DNA of 64,000 nucleotides, from NCBI GenBank assembly GCA_009602725.1, contig WELB01000001.1:573267-637266 (forward strand), written 5' to 3'. The translations under genes and the position numbers were made by a program. The notes below the pieces were generated by a model. The model worked only from the letters and a program-made list of their open reading frames with translations. It was not told the origin of the DNA and made no database searches. This document shows positions 53,136-64,000 of the stretch, piece by piece. The stretch is from Spirogloea muscicola. Lineage: Eukaryota. Positions within the stretch are counted from its first letter, which is position 1; every line of letters begins with the position of its first letter.

Positions 53136-54149
53136 CTTATACCAGTATTGTATAAAACCTCAATAATCTACCATCTACGCCTGGCTTGTCCAAGAGTAGG
53201 CCATTTAAGGCAACTCAGCTGCTTGGTCATGGTACTTCTTGACCTCCCATGTGGTGGTAGCATACCCCCTGTACTTTGTTAAAGCCCAGATTGTCCAAGA
53301 ACAAATGCTGCTCCTCGGAGAGCTGCATCGATCACACAAGCTCTTGGATGTAGTACTGCATTATCATGCCTTTCCAGTATCTGACGGAAGAAGGAAAGCA
53401 CCAGACATATATTCTTCCTGTTAACGCCCACAGCATGCCATCCTGGATATGACAAGCGCTCTTGAGAGATCAGAGTGTGTGAACTGTGGCGGCCATAAGG
53501 AGTGCACCGCTTCAACGCCTCGCAGGGCCAAGCACGGGTTACTTACAATGTTGAATCGGCTCTACTGGCCACCTAGATAATGCCTCGTCACTTAATTCAT
53601 GTGACTGGTAAGCAAAATCAACCAATTTGTGGAAGCACAATCGTCAAGACTTCGGAAGAATGGCTTGCACGCGACCCATTCAAGCAAGACTACCGTTTGA
53701 GCAAATATTGACTTATATGACAGATTGCACATCAAGGGCTTGATATAGATAGTTTCCTTGTGTAAGGGAAGAAGTTGGAAGACAACAGCAACATAAACTG
53801 CGCTAGCACAATAATTAATTAATTATGACTGGGGCTCAGATTAAGACGACTGTACTCAAGAGGCTGCCTACCAAGTATTAACAGCCCTGCACCACGACGT
53901 TTTTGTGGCAGTGATGAAGTAACTACATCACCTAATGCAGGGGTCTTGGAGCACGTAACGGTAACGAAGCTCAAGCATTTAGAGAATCACATCACACAAC
54001 GTCAAGCAGAGAATGGCAGCAAAAGTAGGGTCACAAGCAGGTGTAAATCATATTGCACGCCACACATCTGACAACTCGTCTGAAGTCATGCTTGAATTCA
54101 TGCTTGAATACATGCGTATCACAGAGATACCAACTTGCTTTGCATAATC

Positions 54150-55240
54150 GTCAAAGCACATGTCGAGCCACTGAGTAGTCGGAAGTGAGGGTCTCTAGCG
54201 TCTGGCCTATCCACGTCCAAGCCCTCTTGGCACGGCCCGAATGTGCAATCCGCGCCCGCTAGTGCAGCAGCGGCGGCGGCGTATGCAGCGGCGGCAGCAT
54301 ACCTTAACCCGTCATCAGCGTGCTGGATGCTCCCGAAGCCACACCACCGGCTTCCGTGGCGTGCTCCGGCTCCCCAAGTTGGCCTGTCCGACTTGTATGT
54401 GCTACCTCGGTGGGTACAAATGGACCGCGCTTCCCAATGGACCCTTTCCAGCCCTGCGTTCGCCCTGGTTTCTGATTCCCCTCTTAAGCTCCTATAAATG
54501 TTGATTCTGACTTCTTCATTCTTCATTCGCGGGCCTGTTAAAGCCTAAGCCCCCTTCATCCACAACCTCCTCCGCGATGCCCTGGCGGGCTTGATGCGCG
54601 ACGCCGGCTACCGTGCGGTCGTGGAAGTCAATGATATCATGCCTATCACCACGGACGCCCAGGGACGTCATCATCGCCGCACACTTGACATTGTGGGCGT
54701 GCAACCTGGTGGAGGACCCCGGGCCTTGGTCGATGTCGCTAATACGGAAGCGTAAAAAGGTCCAGCATCGACACGCATCGCTGGCCACGCAGTGCAGAAC
54801 AAAGAAAGCTGCAGCACTACTCCGATTACCCCCAATGCGATCAGCTCCTGCCAGCGGCAGTCGACATCTTTGGCTGTCTGGGTCCTCGTTTCCACACTCT
54901 CCATCAGAATATTGCCAATTTAGGCTACACACGACGTGCAGATGTGTTTCCGGCTGAGATGGGCTTGCCAGCTGCATATCTGTCGTTCTTGCGACGACGA
55001 GTTTCGGCCTGTTTGCAGCGTGCTCAGGCTAATGCTTTGCACCAGAAAGCTGGGCGAGCTCTAGTGGGTGGCAGAAGTGCTTCGTATCTGACATCTAGTA
55101 TTCAGGCATCGATTAGCGACCATTAATGTTTTGACCCGTGGTTACTGAGCCGGTTAATCTGCTGTAGGTTATGTAAGTCTTTAGATGTGCTTGCCCATGT
55201 ACTTGGCCATTTGGCCTTCATTTGTTTCAAACGAAATCTT
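54150..55240 (+). mobile_element. Longest RLE (CRE-like) non-LTR relic, divergent subfamily, 3' UTR type B
   Basis: LRLPKLACPTCMC; IHNLLRDALAGLMRDAGYRAVVE..RRTLDIV..LVDVA; LLPAAVDIFGCLG; LRRRVSACLQRAQANALHQKAGRAL; then TGTACTTGGCCATTTGGCC..CAAACGAAAT. Confidence 0.82.
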
Positions 55241-55730
55241 GCCATCGAGAGCTCCAATCTCAGTCTCGTATATTTTTCCTTGTGCGGGAAGGAGGTGCAT
55301 TGGCTCGGATTGGCCTCCCTATTTCCATGTCCATGCCCGCCGTTCTCTCCTCAAGCGCACCTTCTAGCTTTTATTATTGCCAGGTCACTCGCTCAGGTCT
55401 GCCGTGTATGGAAGGACGAGCGGCTTACCAAGCCCAAGCGCACAGTGAAGCAAGAAAGGGGGAATCAGGGAAGGCATAGACTGGGGAGGTAAATCGTAAG
55501 AGGGAAGGTACGCGGTACGCATGGAATGGAGGGGAGGCCGATAAGCCAATTCACTAATGCTACAGAGCCTGAAGCTTAAAATTTATGAAGGGGTCCAAGG
55601 GGGTTAGTTGACGAACTCAAAGTGCCCTTCGGCCTCCCAATGTTAAACAAGAAACAGCTCCTCCAAAGGAGGCGAGGGCTGTAATCAGAAGACAAGGCAG
55701 CTCACAGAAGATGAACAGGCTCCTCATAAG

Positions 55731-55865
55731 AGGAAAGAGCTTGCCCATGGAGGATAGGGGCTGGAACAGCCAGCCCAAAAAAGAATGAGCAGAGTACAAG
55801 AAGCCCAAGACGAAGGGGGCCAGGCGAAGCACTGAGGCGAAGCACTAAGAAAGGGGCTTCAGGTC
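55731..55865 (-). mobile_element. 3'-end-only retroelement copy with 11-bp TSD
   Basis: Type A terminus; CTCCTCATAAG at 55720-55730 and 55866-55876. Confidence 0.75.
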
Positions 55866-56477
55866 CTCCTCATAAGGGGCTTCAGGTCGCCTCTTTCGTA
55901 GTGTTCCCACGGCGGTCGGGGACGGGGTCGAGGTCGAGGTCATGCTGAGGTGTCGCGCGCTGAGTGGAAAAGACCCGTTTCACTGGAGGTCGCGCGCCGG
56001 TCATCCACCCCTCCACGCCAGCGCACGTGAAGCAATGACGCGGCCCACCGTTTGCCACTCTGGCCCCCGTTTGACACCGTGGCTCGCCGTTTGCGGGGGG
56101 GAGCGCGCGGATTTCGTGCCGGGGTAGAACCCGGCACGAAACGCTCCTTTTTCGGAGGATGGCGGCGGAGCCAATCGAGGGCTGCCACGCACACGCGCGC
56201 CCCCGCGCCAAAATGTGTCGATTCGAAGTTCGATGAGGAGGGAGGAGGGAGGGAGGAGGGGCTCCTCGCCCGCCCCCCCTCTCTGCGCACACTTCTCTCT
56301 GCGCTCCCCCCGCCTGTGCGCTCCCCCGCCTGGCATCCCCCGCCTGGCCACCCTCCCCGGGCCGAGCTCCCCCGCGCAGCAAGAGGCGGGGAAGCCATGG
56401 CGATGTGCCTGCCTTGGTGCTCGGGTGCAGGCGGGGACGACGACCTGGTCAGCTCGGGGTCATCTCCTCAACCCTCG

Positions 56478-56785
56478 GCACGCCCGCAAAGCTTGCAAAG
56501 TGTCGACACAATGCGTGCAATAGTACCTGGGAGACTGGCAGCGCTCTTTGCGTGAGTTCAGGAATCGACGGTGCAACTGAAGGCCGGTCCAGCCGCCTGC
56601 AAAATCCATCCAGCCACAAGTTGGCTCAGCAACGGACGGGCGGGCATGACTTGGCACGCTCGCAAAGCTTGCACACTGTCGACACAACGCGTGCAAACAT
56701 ACCTGGGAGAGCGGCAGTGCTCTTTGCTTGAGTTCAGGAATCGGCGGTGCAAGTGAATGCCGGTCCAGCCGCCTGCAAAGTCCCT
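56478..56785. repeat. Diverged direct repeat, ~176-bp period
   Basis: gcacgc.cgcaaagcttgca..gtcgacacaa.gcgtgcaa..tacctgggaga..gagttcaggaatcg.cggtgcaa..gccggtccagccgcctgcaaa starts at ~56478 and ~56654. Confidence 0.9.
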
Positions 56786-59069
56786 GCAGGCACAGGATGA
56801 GTCAGCAACTCATGGCGGGCTTGTTTGGCGGCGTGCCCGCTATGCCCTCGGCGTACGCGGTGCAGCGCTTGTGGCAGCCACCCGCAGTTGCTGATTGCAA
56901 CCCCCATGCGAGCGCCAGCGTTGACGCACTGCCGCTGTTGTTCTCCCCGCAGCGCGAGCTTGCAGGTTGGAGGTTGCGTCGAAGAAGGCAGGTCGCAAGT
57001 GTCTGCGGAATCTCTGCAGCCGGCAGTGCTCGTGCAGCACGCTCGCAGTGGCCTTGCGCTTGCGCGTCCGCGTGCCACCGCCGGCGGCGGCGCCAGAGCG
57101 GGCGCGCCCGCCCTGCCCGGGCCGCCTGCGCTCGGTAAGCCAGTCGCAAGCAGTGGGAGAGGGAGCAGTTGCCTTGCTTCTCTTCTCGTCCACCACCGCG
57201 GCGCGCACCTGCTCCCGCCTTGCGGCAGGCGGAGCGCCGAGCTGGCGCTCCGCTGTTGCACGTTTCCGCCGAATCTCCGCACGTGCTGCTGGTGTGGCGA
57301 CTGGGCGCCCGGCGACCTCCGCCACGTAGTGGTCATCCGTGATGTTCCGACCTCGACCTCGACCTTTTCGTGAAAGGGGGTGTTTGCATCTCACGCCTCG
57401 CACGCGGCCCTACGCGGCCTATAATTGAATGACGATCACCAACGGTCACTCGCCGACAACCTGACAACAACCCATTACAGTATACCACTGACAACTCACC
57501 TTATCGCGTCGGTCTCCCACCACCGTCCTACCGACGGACCGAAGTCAACGCCCGTCGCGGCCTCAATGCCACTAACGGTATTTTACCAACGAACTAGCGT
57601 TTGCGGTCTAGCTTCAACGCAGCGTCAAAGACCCACAATCTGCTGCAGATAAGGGTCGTGTCCGCAGCGGTGGCCGTCCAGCACCTCGCGCCTTGACTCC
57701 GGGGTGCCCCATTCTCGATTCGTTCTTCTGTGGGCTGGCTTTGCCCAGCCATCGCCCCCTTTGTAAGAGCTGCTTATACTCTGCTCAAGCAAGATGACAA
57801 GGACAGTCTTCTCTCAAAGTAGGGCGATGTGTGAGAGAGAACGAGAGATATAGAGACGAACTCGAGTGCCAGCTTGGTGAGGTGCCTAGTCTCCAGGCAC
57901 CTTGCGTTTCTTGCGAGACCTGACAGTAATATGAATCCAGCCTGTGGGGTGACTAGTCTCCAGGCATCTGTCAAGCCTTGCCTAAGCATTGTTAGTCCAA
58001 CTATGCGTGTAGTATGACAGAATATGACTTTCCATCTCGCTGCGGTCGTCTAGGCGTTCGCCTACGTTCGTGGGCAGCCGCGCCTTGGTTGCTGCCTCTG
58101 ATTTCTGGGCGTGGCGGCAGATTTCCGGCTGCTAGCTGCTCCTTTGTGCGGTTCTTGACTACGGGTCATTGGGCACCCATCTGCTGTAGCAAAATTGCAT
58201 AGCTGCGTGCTTTGCGCGTTCTGGCTTCTTTGGACCTTGTCCTCTGTAGCTAGGCAGGCCTTTCACTGCCAATCCTTCCTTTTAGTAGCTTATTTCCTCT
58301 TTCACAGCCTTCGCCGCCTTTGGAAGAGCTTCTCTTTGTGTTAGGCTTGTGGGCTTCTATTTGAATTCTGAGCTGATGGTGAAACGAGATGGCTTGTAGG
58401 GCTTTTTTTGAGCCTGCTGATGGTAGAATTGGCTCGCGCACCGATGCCATGGTAGCACGAGCAAATTGGGCTCAGCGCTGACCTGCATTTTGGGGATGGA
58501 GGTAATGTGCTCGCGAGTCCGTTCACACCAAGATTAGCTCATGACATGCACTGATCGGCCCCATTAAGCTTGTCCTTTGCTTCTGTGCTGGCCTCTCAAA
58601 GCCAATGCCCGCCTTGGAAGAGCTTCCAACCTTCACAACCAATAAGAAAAAGCAGCTCTTTCGAAGGATGCAACACTCACGCTTGTCACAAGGGCAGCCA
58701 CATTAGCAAAACCTTGTCCGATAGACAGGAATGAGCTGCTTCAATGACGGAATGCAGCAAGGCAGCACGATTTGCACCCTCGATTGCAGCGGTCCCTGGA
58801 GCTTCAAGGGCGCCGTGAAGGAAGCCGCAACGACAAGGAGGGGGGCGGCAGCCACGGCGGCAGAGTGCTACTTTCTTAACAGGCAGGCGCAGATGCTTGT
58901 GCAGGGTGCGCTGGAAGAAGCAAGAAGCAAGAAGTGAGCTCTTCCAAAGGAATGGAGGTGTGTGTGAGTGATGGTGGGCCTGAGTGGCCAGGTACAAGGC
59001 AAGCACATTGACAGGTGTACATCACCTGCTGCTAAGCTCGGTGACCACGAGCACATAGAGGTCGCCAAA

Positions 59070-59625
59070 CTCTTCCGAAGGGGGCGAGGGCTGTGAAAAG
59101 CCAGCCCGGTAAGAATTGACAAAGTCCGAGGGGGCCAAAAAGCGCTGAATCACATGACTAAGCAAGTCCATGTAGAATAAGCACTCAGTAACCACGAGTT
59201 AGCAGCCTTTAAATCGGACAGACTACCCGCCGGGAAGCGGCAGACGAAGCAAGGTAAGGCAAGGCGGCGGCGCGGGGAAATGGCTCGATCATAGAAAAAG
59301 AGGGGGCTAGCAAAGCCAGCCCCACAAAAGAATGGACAATAGCCACAAAGGCCACAAAGGCCACACAACGGTGCCGGGAAAAGAAAACGACACCAGGACA
59401 TGTAACGGTGCAGATGGCTGCGCAGTAGCCACGAGTGAGCAACAGCAAATCAGAATGGTTCGAAGCAGGAAAAGCAGCACTCCGCCCAGACCCTGAGGCA
59501 GCAGCCATAGGAAGCGCTAAGAAACCAAAGCACACAAAGAAAGAAAGCAGCTACAAATTACTCAGTAACCCCTGCTAAGCAGCCGCAAACCAGAGAGGCT
59601 AGGGTCCTGGAAGTGGCCATAGCGC
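59070..59625 (-). mobile_element. Tandem stack of three RLE retroelement 3' fragments
   Basis: The RLLSRGY*/SDLLLLTRGY/SLSDLRLLTRGY* coding tail appears three times; type A termini at ~59075-59140 and ~59300-59345. Confidence 0.75.
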
Positions 59626-59807
59626 GGCCGCCGCGCGTGTGGACCGCGTGAGCCAAAGAGCCCGATATCTCATGGGTTAAGGGGAGTTCGAGGCGGTCCG
59701 ATGGGGGATCGGGGAGCCGTGATTGGGGGGGGGGTGGGGCGGGGTGTCGGCGGGGGCGTGGGCAAGCGATCGACGGCGCGAGGGCAAGCGCGCTCCACGT
59801 CGGAGCG

Positions 59808-60236
59808 NNNNNNNNNNNNNNNNNNNNNNNNNNNNNNNNNNNNNNNNNNNNNNNNNNNNNNNNNNNNNNNNNNNNNNNNNNNNNNNNNNNNNNNNNNNNN
59901 NNNNNNNNNNNNNNNNNNNNNNNNNNNNNNNNNNNNNNNNNNNNNNNNNNNNNNNNNNNNNNNNNNNNNNNNNNNNNNNNNNNNNNNNNNNNNNNNNNNN
60001 NNNNNNNNNNNNNNNNNNNNNNNNNNNNNNNNNNNNNNNNNNNNNNNNNNNNNNNNNNNNNNNNNNNNNNNNNNNNNNNNNNNNNNNNNNNNNNNNNNNN
60101 NNNNNNNNNNNNNNNNNNNNNNNNNNNNNNNNNNNNNNNNNNNNNNNNNNNNNNNNNNNNNNNNNNNNNNNNNNNNNNNNNNNNNNNNNNNNNNNNNNNN
60201 NNNNNNNNNNNNNNNNNNNNNNNNNNNNNNNNNNNN
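59808..60236. other. Assembly gap (429 N) inside a GC-rich promoter-like region
   Basis: Run of N. Confidence 1.
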
Positions 60237-61247
60237 CCCCCCCCCCCCCCCACCCCCCCCCCCCCCCCCCGCGCTCGCCCGCCCGCCCCGCCGCTTGCTT
60301 CGAACCCCCGACCTGCTGCTTGCCGCCCCGCCGGCTCGCAGCTCTGCACTCGCGGCCAAGGAGCGCCTGCCGCTCGCGCCAGCTCCCGCGCCCCCGCAGG
60401 CGGCTGGGGCTCCATGGCGGGCCGGGCTCGGAGCTCGCTCGTCGAGGACCGGCAGCAGCCGCTTCAGCTCCGCCGCGACGGCCCGCTCGTGACCTAGCTC
60501 CCGCCGCATCCGCGTCCCTACGAGGGCCAGCTCGTGTCTCGGCTCCATAGAATGCTCACGTTTCCCGGGCGGCCCCGGCAGCAGCCTGCATTGCTCTGGC
60601 CTGCAGCCCCGACCGGATTCTGCTGGGACCATCTTGCGCTGGAATGAGAGGAGAAAGCTCGAACCTGGGCCACCGTCGGCTCCGTAGCCAAAGCACCTAC
60701 TTCACAGGAGAGGTGTTGCCCCATCACTCTTGTGCAAATGTAGAGCTCACCTTGTTCAAAAGTTGTTCGAAAGTAGAGACCGTGAGCATACAGCTCACAA
60801 GACCACCTTACTGTAAAGTGCTGCAGCAAAGAGCTCTGTAAGTATGAAGCACAACTGACCCAGCATCTTCCCCACTTCCTTCCGCCAGCAGCACCTGACT
60901 TGCAGTCGCTGCCCCGGACAGTCAATGCTCGTGCTTTGGCTTTCTGCCCTTTTCAAGTTGGGAAGGTCTGCCTGCCACTGAAGCATGTCACAAGGCTAGC
61001 AACGACTATTGTTGTGCACCCTCAGAGCAGGAAGTACGCATGCCTCCATCTTCTTCCATCTGGGCCCAGCTAGAAGACCAACAAGCTCATTGACTTGGAG
61101 TGGCCTCCTGGAGCTTCCTGTTCATATACAGCAAAAATGAGCTGACATTGATCAAGATTAGCTATGCCTCGTCAATGATTCTCCCTGTCTGCTGCTCCAG
61201 CAGGCAAGCAGGTCCATTGCATCCTGGCCCGCAGCAGCAGGACGGAC

Positions 61248-63604
61248 ATGGACAGACAGGAGGGGCAAGGAAGCGACAGTGGGCGCATCGACCGTGGCAA
61301 GGCACCAGCAGAACAATGGGGGCAGCAGCCTCTCCAGCTCGGACTGCAGACTCTTGCTAGCGATCCTTACACTAAGACGCCCCTCGCACGCCCAAGAGAG
61401 CAGAGCATCGGCATGAGCCATGAGCTCACGCTGACTCCCAGTACAGGTCAGACTTGGCAAAGGGTAGAGCAAGCGACTGGCTTAGGAGAAGCGAGTGGTC
61501 CGTCCTCCAGAGCCGAGGACAGGAGGATTGAGGTCAGTCTTCCAGGGCGTAACCTCCCACTCATGTCAATGGACGCGTCCATTCCTTCACTGCAAGAACG
61601 TTTTTGCTTAACAAGTGAGAGAAACCTGTAGCCTTCTTCCACTTCAAGCATAGACCAGAGGTGACGTGAGGCAATGTTGGTCATTTCCCAGCAGCAGATG
61701 CAGGGGCTCGCTGAGGCTGGCGATGCAACACTGGCCGCTGGAGACTGGGGACTAGGTAGGCGCAGCAGGAACCCTGGGAACGGACCTCAGTGCCAGATCA
61801 TTGACTGCTCATCAAATCTGGCGGAGGCTAAGGAGTACTACAAGCGACACAAAGTTTGCGAACACCACTCTAAGGCTGCAGGTGTCCTTCATGAGGGCGA
61901 AAACCAGCGCTACTGCCAGCAGTGCAGCAGGTGCCTGCTTGATTTGATCCATGCTACCAAAAATTAGAAAGAGCTGACAAAAGCGTAGCCCGGCTGAATG
62001 CACGCCATATGTGCATGCAGCTGGTAGCTTGGCTGAAACAGTCCGATCAGGTGTTGTAATTATGCGAAAGATTCCACAGCTGTTTCTTGAGCACATTGAT
62101 CTTGTAAGGTGGTGGGACTGGCAGACCATGGGCGAGATACTTCGGACTTGTGCAAGAGCATACTGCATATTGACCAAAGGTGCCATGACCTTGCTGCAGG
62201 TTCCACCCGCTGCAAGAGTTTGACTACGAGAAGCGAAGCTGCAGGAGAAGATTGCTCGGCCATAACAAGCGCAGGAGAAAAAGTGGACGAGAGGTCGCCT
62301 CTGGCTCCCAAAGCTCCCCAGGTTGATCACATCGACACTCATGCATGCATCTTCATGCGACCACTTTCAAGACTCTCTTTCAAGACTCTGTTCGCTGTTG
62401 AGTCAACCTATCTGGCTTTGTCTTTTCACAAGTGCTTGTCACTGTTAAGAAGGAATGCCTATCTAGGACATGCATCAGCATCTCGACTTGCCATCGTGTT
62501 GTCTTGGAAGGGAAAAGATGATCGTGTCCTGAGCATGCTCCTCGTTTCAGGCTTTGTTTCTGACTTAATATGCCATCCACTCCCTAGCTCCTGACAAGCA
62601 TCCCTGTCTATACTGTTTAATCAAAGCTTTCCTGAGTATTTTTGTTGCTGGGTGAGACAGAGAAGGCCGTGTTGCTAAAACAGCTGTCTCAAGGCTGGGA
62701 AGGCTTGACTAGATCAGGCCAGGGTTTTGACAAATCAGGAGTGAGGGAAGAGCCAGCTGCAGCTCAGAGTGGGCTGTTTCAAGCGCCAGCACGAGCAAGG
62801 AGTCCAGTGGGGAGCAAGCAAGGACCACAACAACTTGCCAGGACCTCATCCTTACCTCAGTTTGCCATTCCTAGAAGCAAGGGTTCGGAAGCAGGCTTTG
62901 GCGGGCACTCTGGTGTTGCTGGTTCCCTTGCACCTACTGTACCGCCTAGCGGCAAGTCAAGCTCCGATCTCTCACGCCAGCGCCCCAGTGACCAAGTCAC
63001 ATCCACGTTTCCTACCTCCAGCCAGAATGAAGAGGGAGCATCTGATCACAGTGAGAGGACCCCAAATATTTTTGACACTGGGCTGAGAATGCTTCAAGGA
63101 CTCAGTGCAGCCCATGTAGGTAAAGTGCATGCAGACGAGGACCTTATCGCAGCAGTCCTGCAACAGCGAAGGCATCCCGTCCCTGGAAGTTTGACTGACA
63201 GCCAACTTAGCCTCGCCCTCTCTGGCCAGCAGCCTCTAGCTCAGCACCACCAAGATGCTGGACAACAGCAAACGAGAAGGGGAGAGGATGAAGCACTTCT
63301 ACAGATGCAAAACTTGAGAGAACAGGGCAGGTCTGGTGGGCAGGTGGAGAGAAATCTCTTGCTCAGCCTCAGCAACTGGCAGGGGGGTGTACCTGGCGCC
63401 CAATCTCTATCGACACACCAAGAGAACATTGTGGATGTACGTGATAGGATGGAACAGGGAAGGCCCACGGAGCACCACGTAGGAACACAACCCACCCTGG
63501 CGGCGCCTCATTTTCCACATCTGCAACAGGAGGTGACAGGCCGTGTGTCCATGAAACTATTCAATCGAAATCCTGCTGACTTGCCCACAAACCTAAGGGA
63601 GCAG
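61248..63604 (+). CDS. SPL: SBP-box (SPL) transcription factor, SPL1/12/14-like; 3' part not in view
   Basis: [55 protein letters not shown] (intron 61931-62199); downstream [23 protein letters not shown] ending in a donor at 63605. Confidence 0.92.
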
Positions 63605-64000
63605 GTGATCTCCGAGATTTGCCCTTTCCACCTAGATTGACATCCCATGGTCATCAAATTGCATGCATGACTGGCTTAGCTTGCACTTAAGTGGCTTACA
63701 ATGCGCCCCTTGCCATTCAATGCCCCCTTGCCATGCCCTTGCAATCCTCTCTTATGAAGCCTGACGATGATCCGCTGATGATAGCAACCAAATGTTATGA
63801 CGCCATTGCTGGTCTTAAAGTGCAAGAAGGAGAAAAACGAGGATGCTGACAAACGCCGGGCATAGGATGGTGCAGCTTAGGTGGTCATGCTACCGGGGGT
63901 ACGTTGTTAATGCAGATAACAAGGGTTTAGGGTTTAGATCACCAGAAAAACATAGCTTGATGACCTTGAAGTGGCAGCTCCTTGATCATGATCCTTCTTT

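Noticed and set aside
53450..54100. AT-richer stretch suspected to be a transposase relic
   Set aside because: No recognisable motif or termini
55926..57365. 16-bp inverted match GGTCGAGGTCGAGGTC / GACCTCGACCTCGACC
   Set aside because: Low-complexity hexamer repeat; no extended TIR or TSD
59558..60632. ORFs of 260-320 aa spanning the N gap
   Set aside because: Artefacts of translating through Ns

Overview
Gene-dense, intron-rich eukaryotic nuclear DNA from a green plant, most consistent with a streptophyte alga (inferred from the SBP-box gene, RLCK-VII kinase, RAY1-like GT77s, RIQ2 and a bacterial-type GSII-B). About 14 spliced genes can be traced by eye: two RAY1-like arabinofuranosyltransferases, LEA_2, RIQ2/DUF1118, an hnRNP-type RRM protein, DUF493-like, DUF2062-like, an RLCK-VII kinase, TruA, a TPM-domain protein, glutamine synthetase II, an Sds22/PPP1R7 LRR protein, an SPL transcription factor and one orphan. 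The intergenic DNA is dominated by a family of 5'-truncated non-LTR retrotransposons with a restriction-like endonuclease (RLE, CRE-like). It has a hairpin-rich 3' end, a TTC-rich tail, two alternative 3' UTR types and visible target-site duplications. One copy is nested in the TIR of a pogo-like MITE that carries head-to-head telomeric repeats. A second dispersed ~60-bp double-CCAAT motif recurs near promoters. Single Ns and one 429-nt gap fall in the very GC-rich gene starts, so several start codons are uncertain. All family calls come from motif recognition, not database searches.
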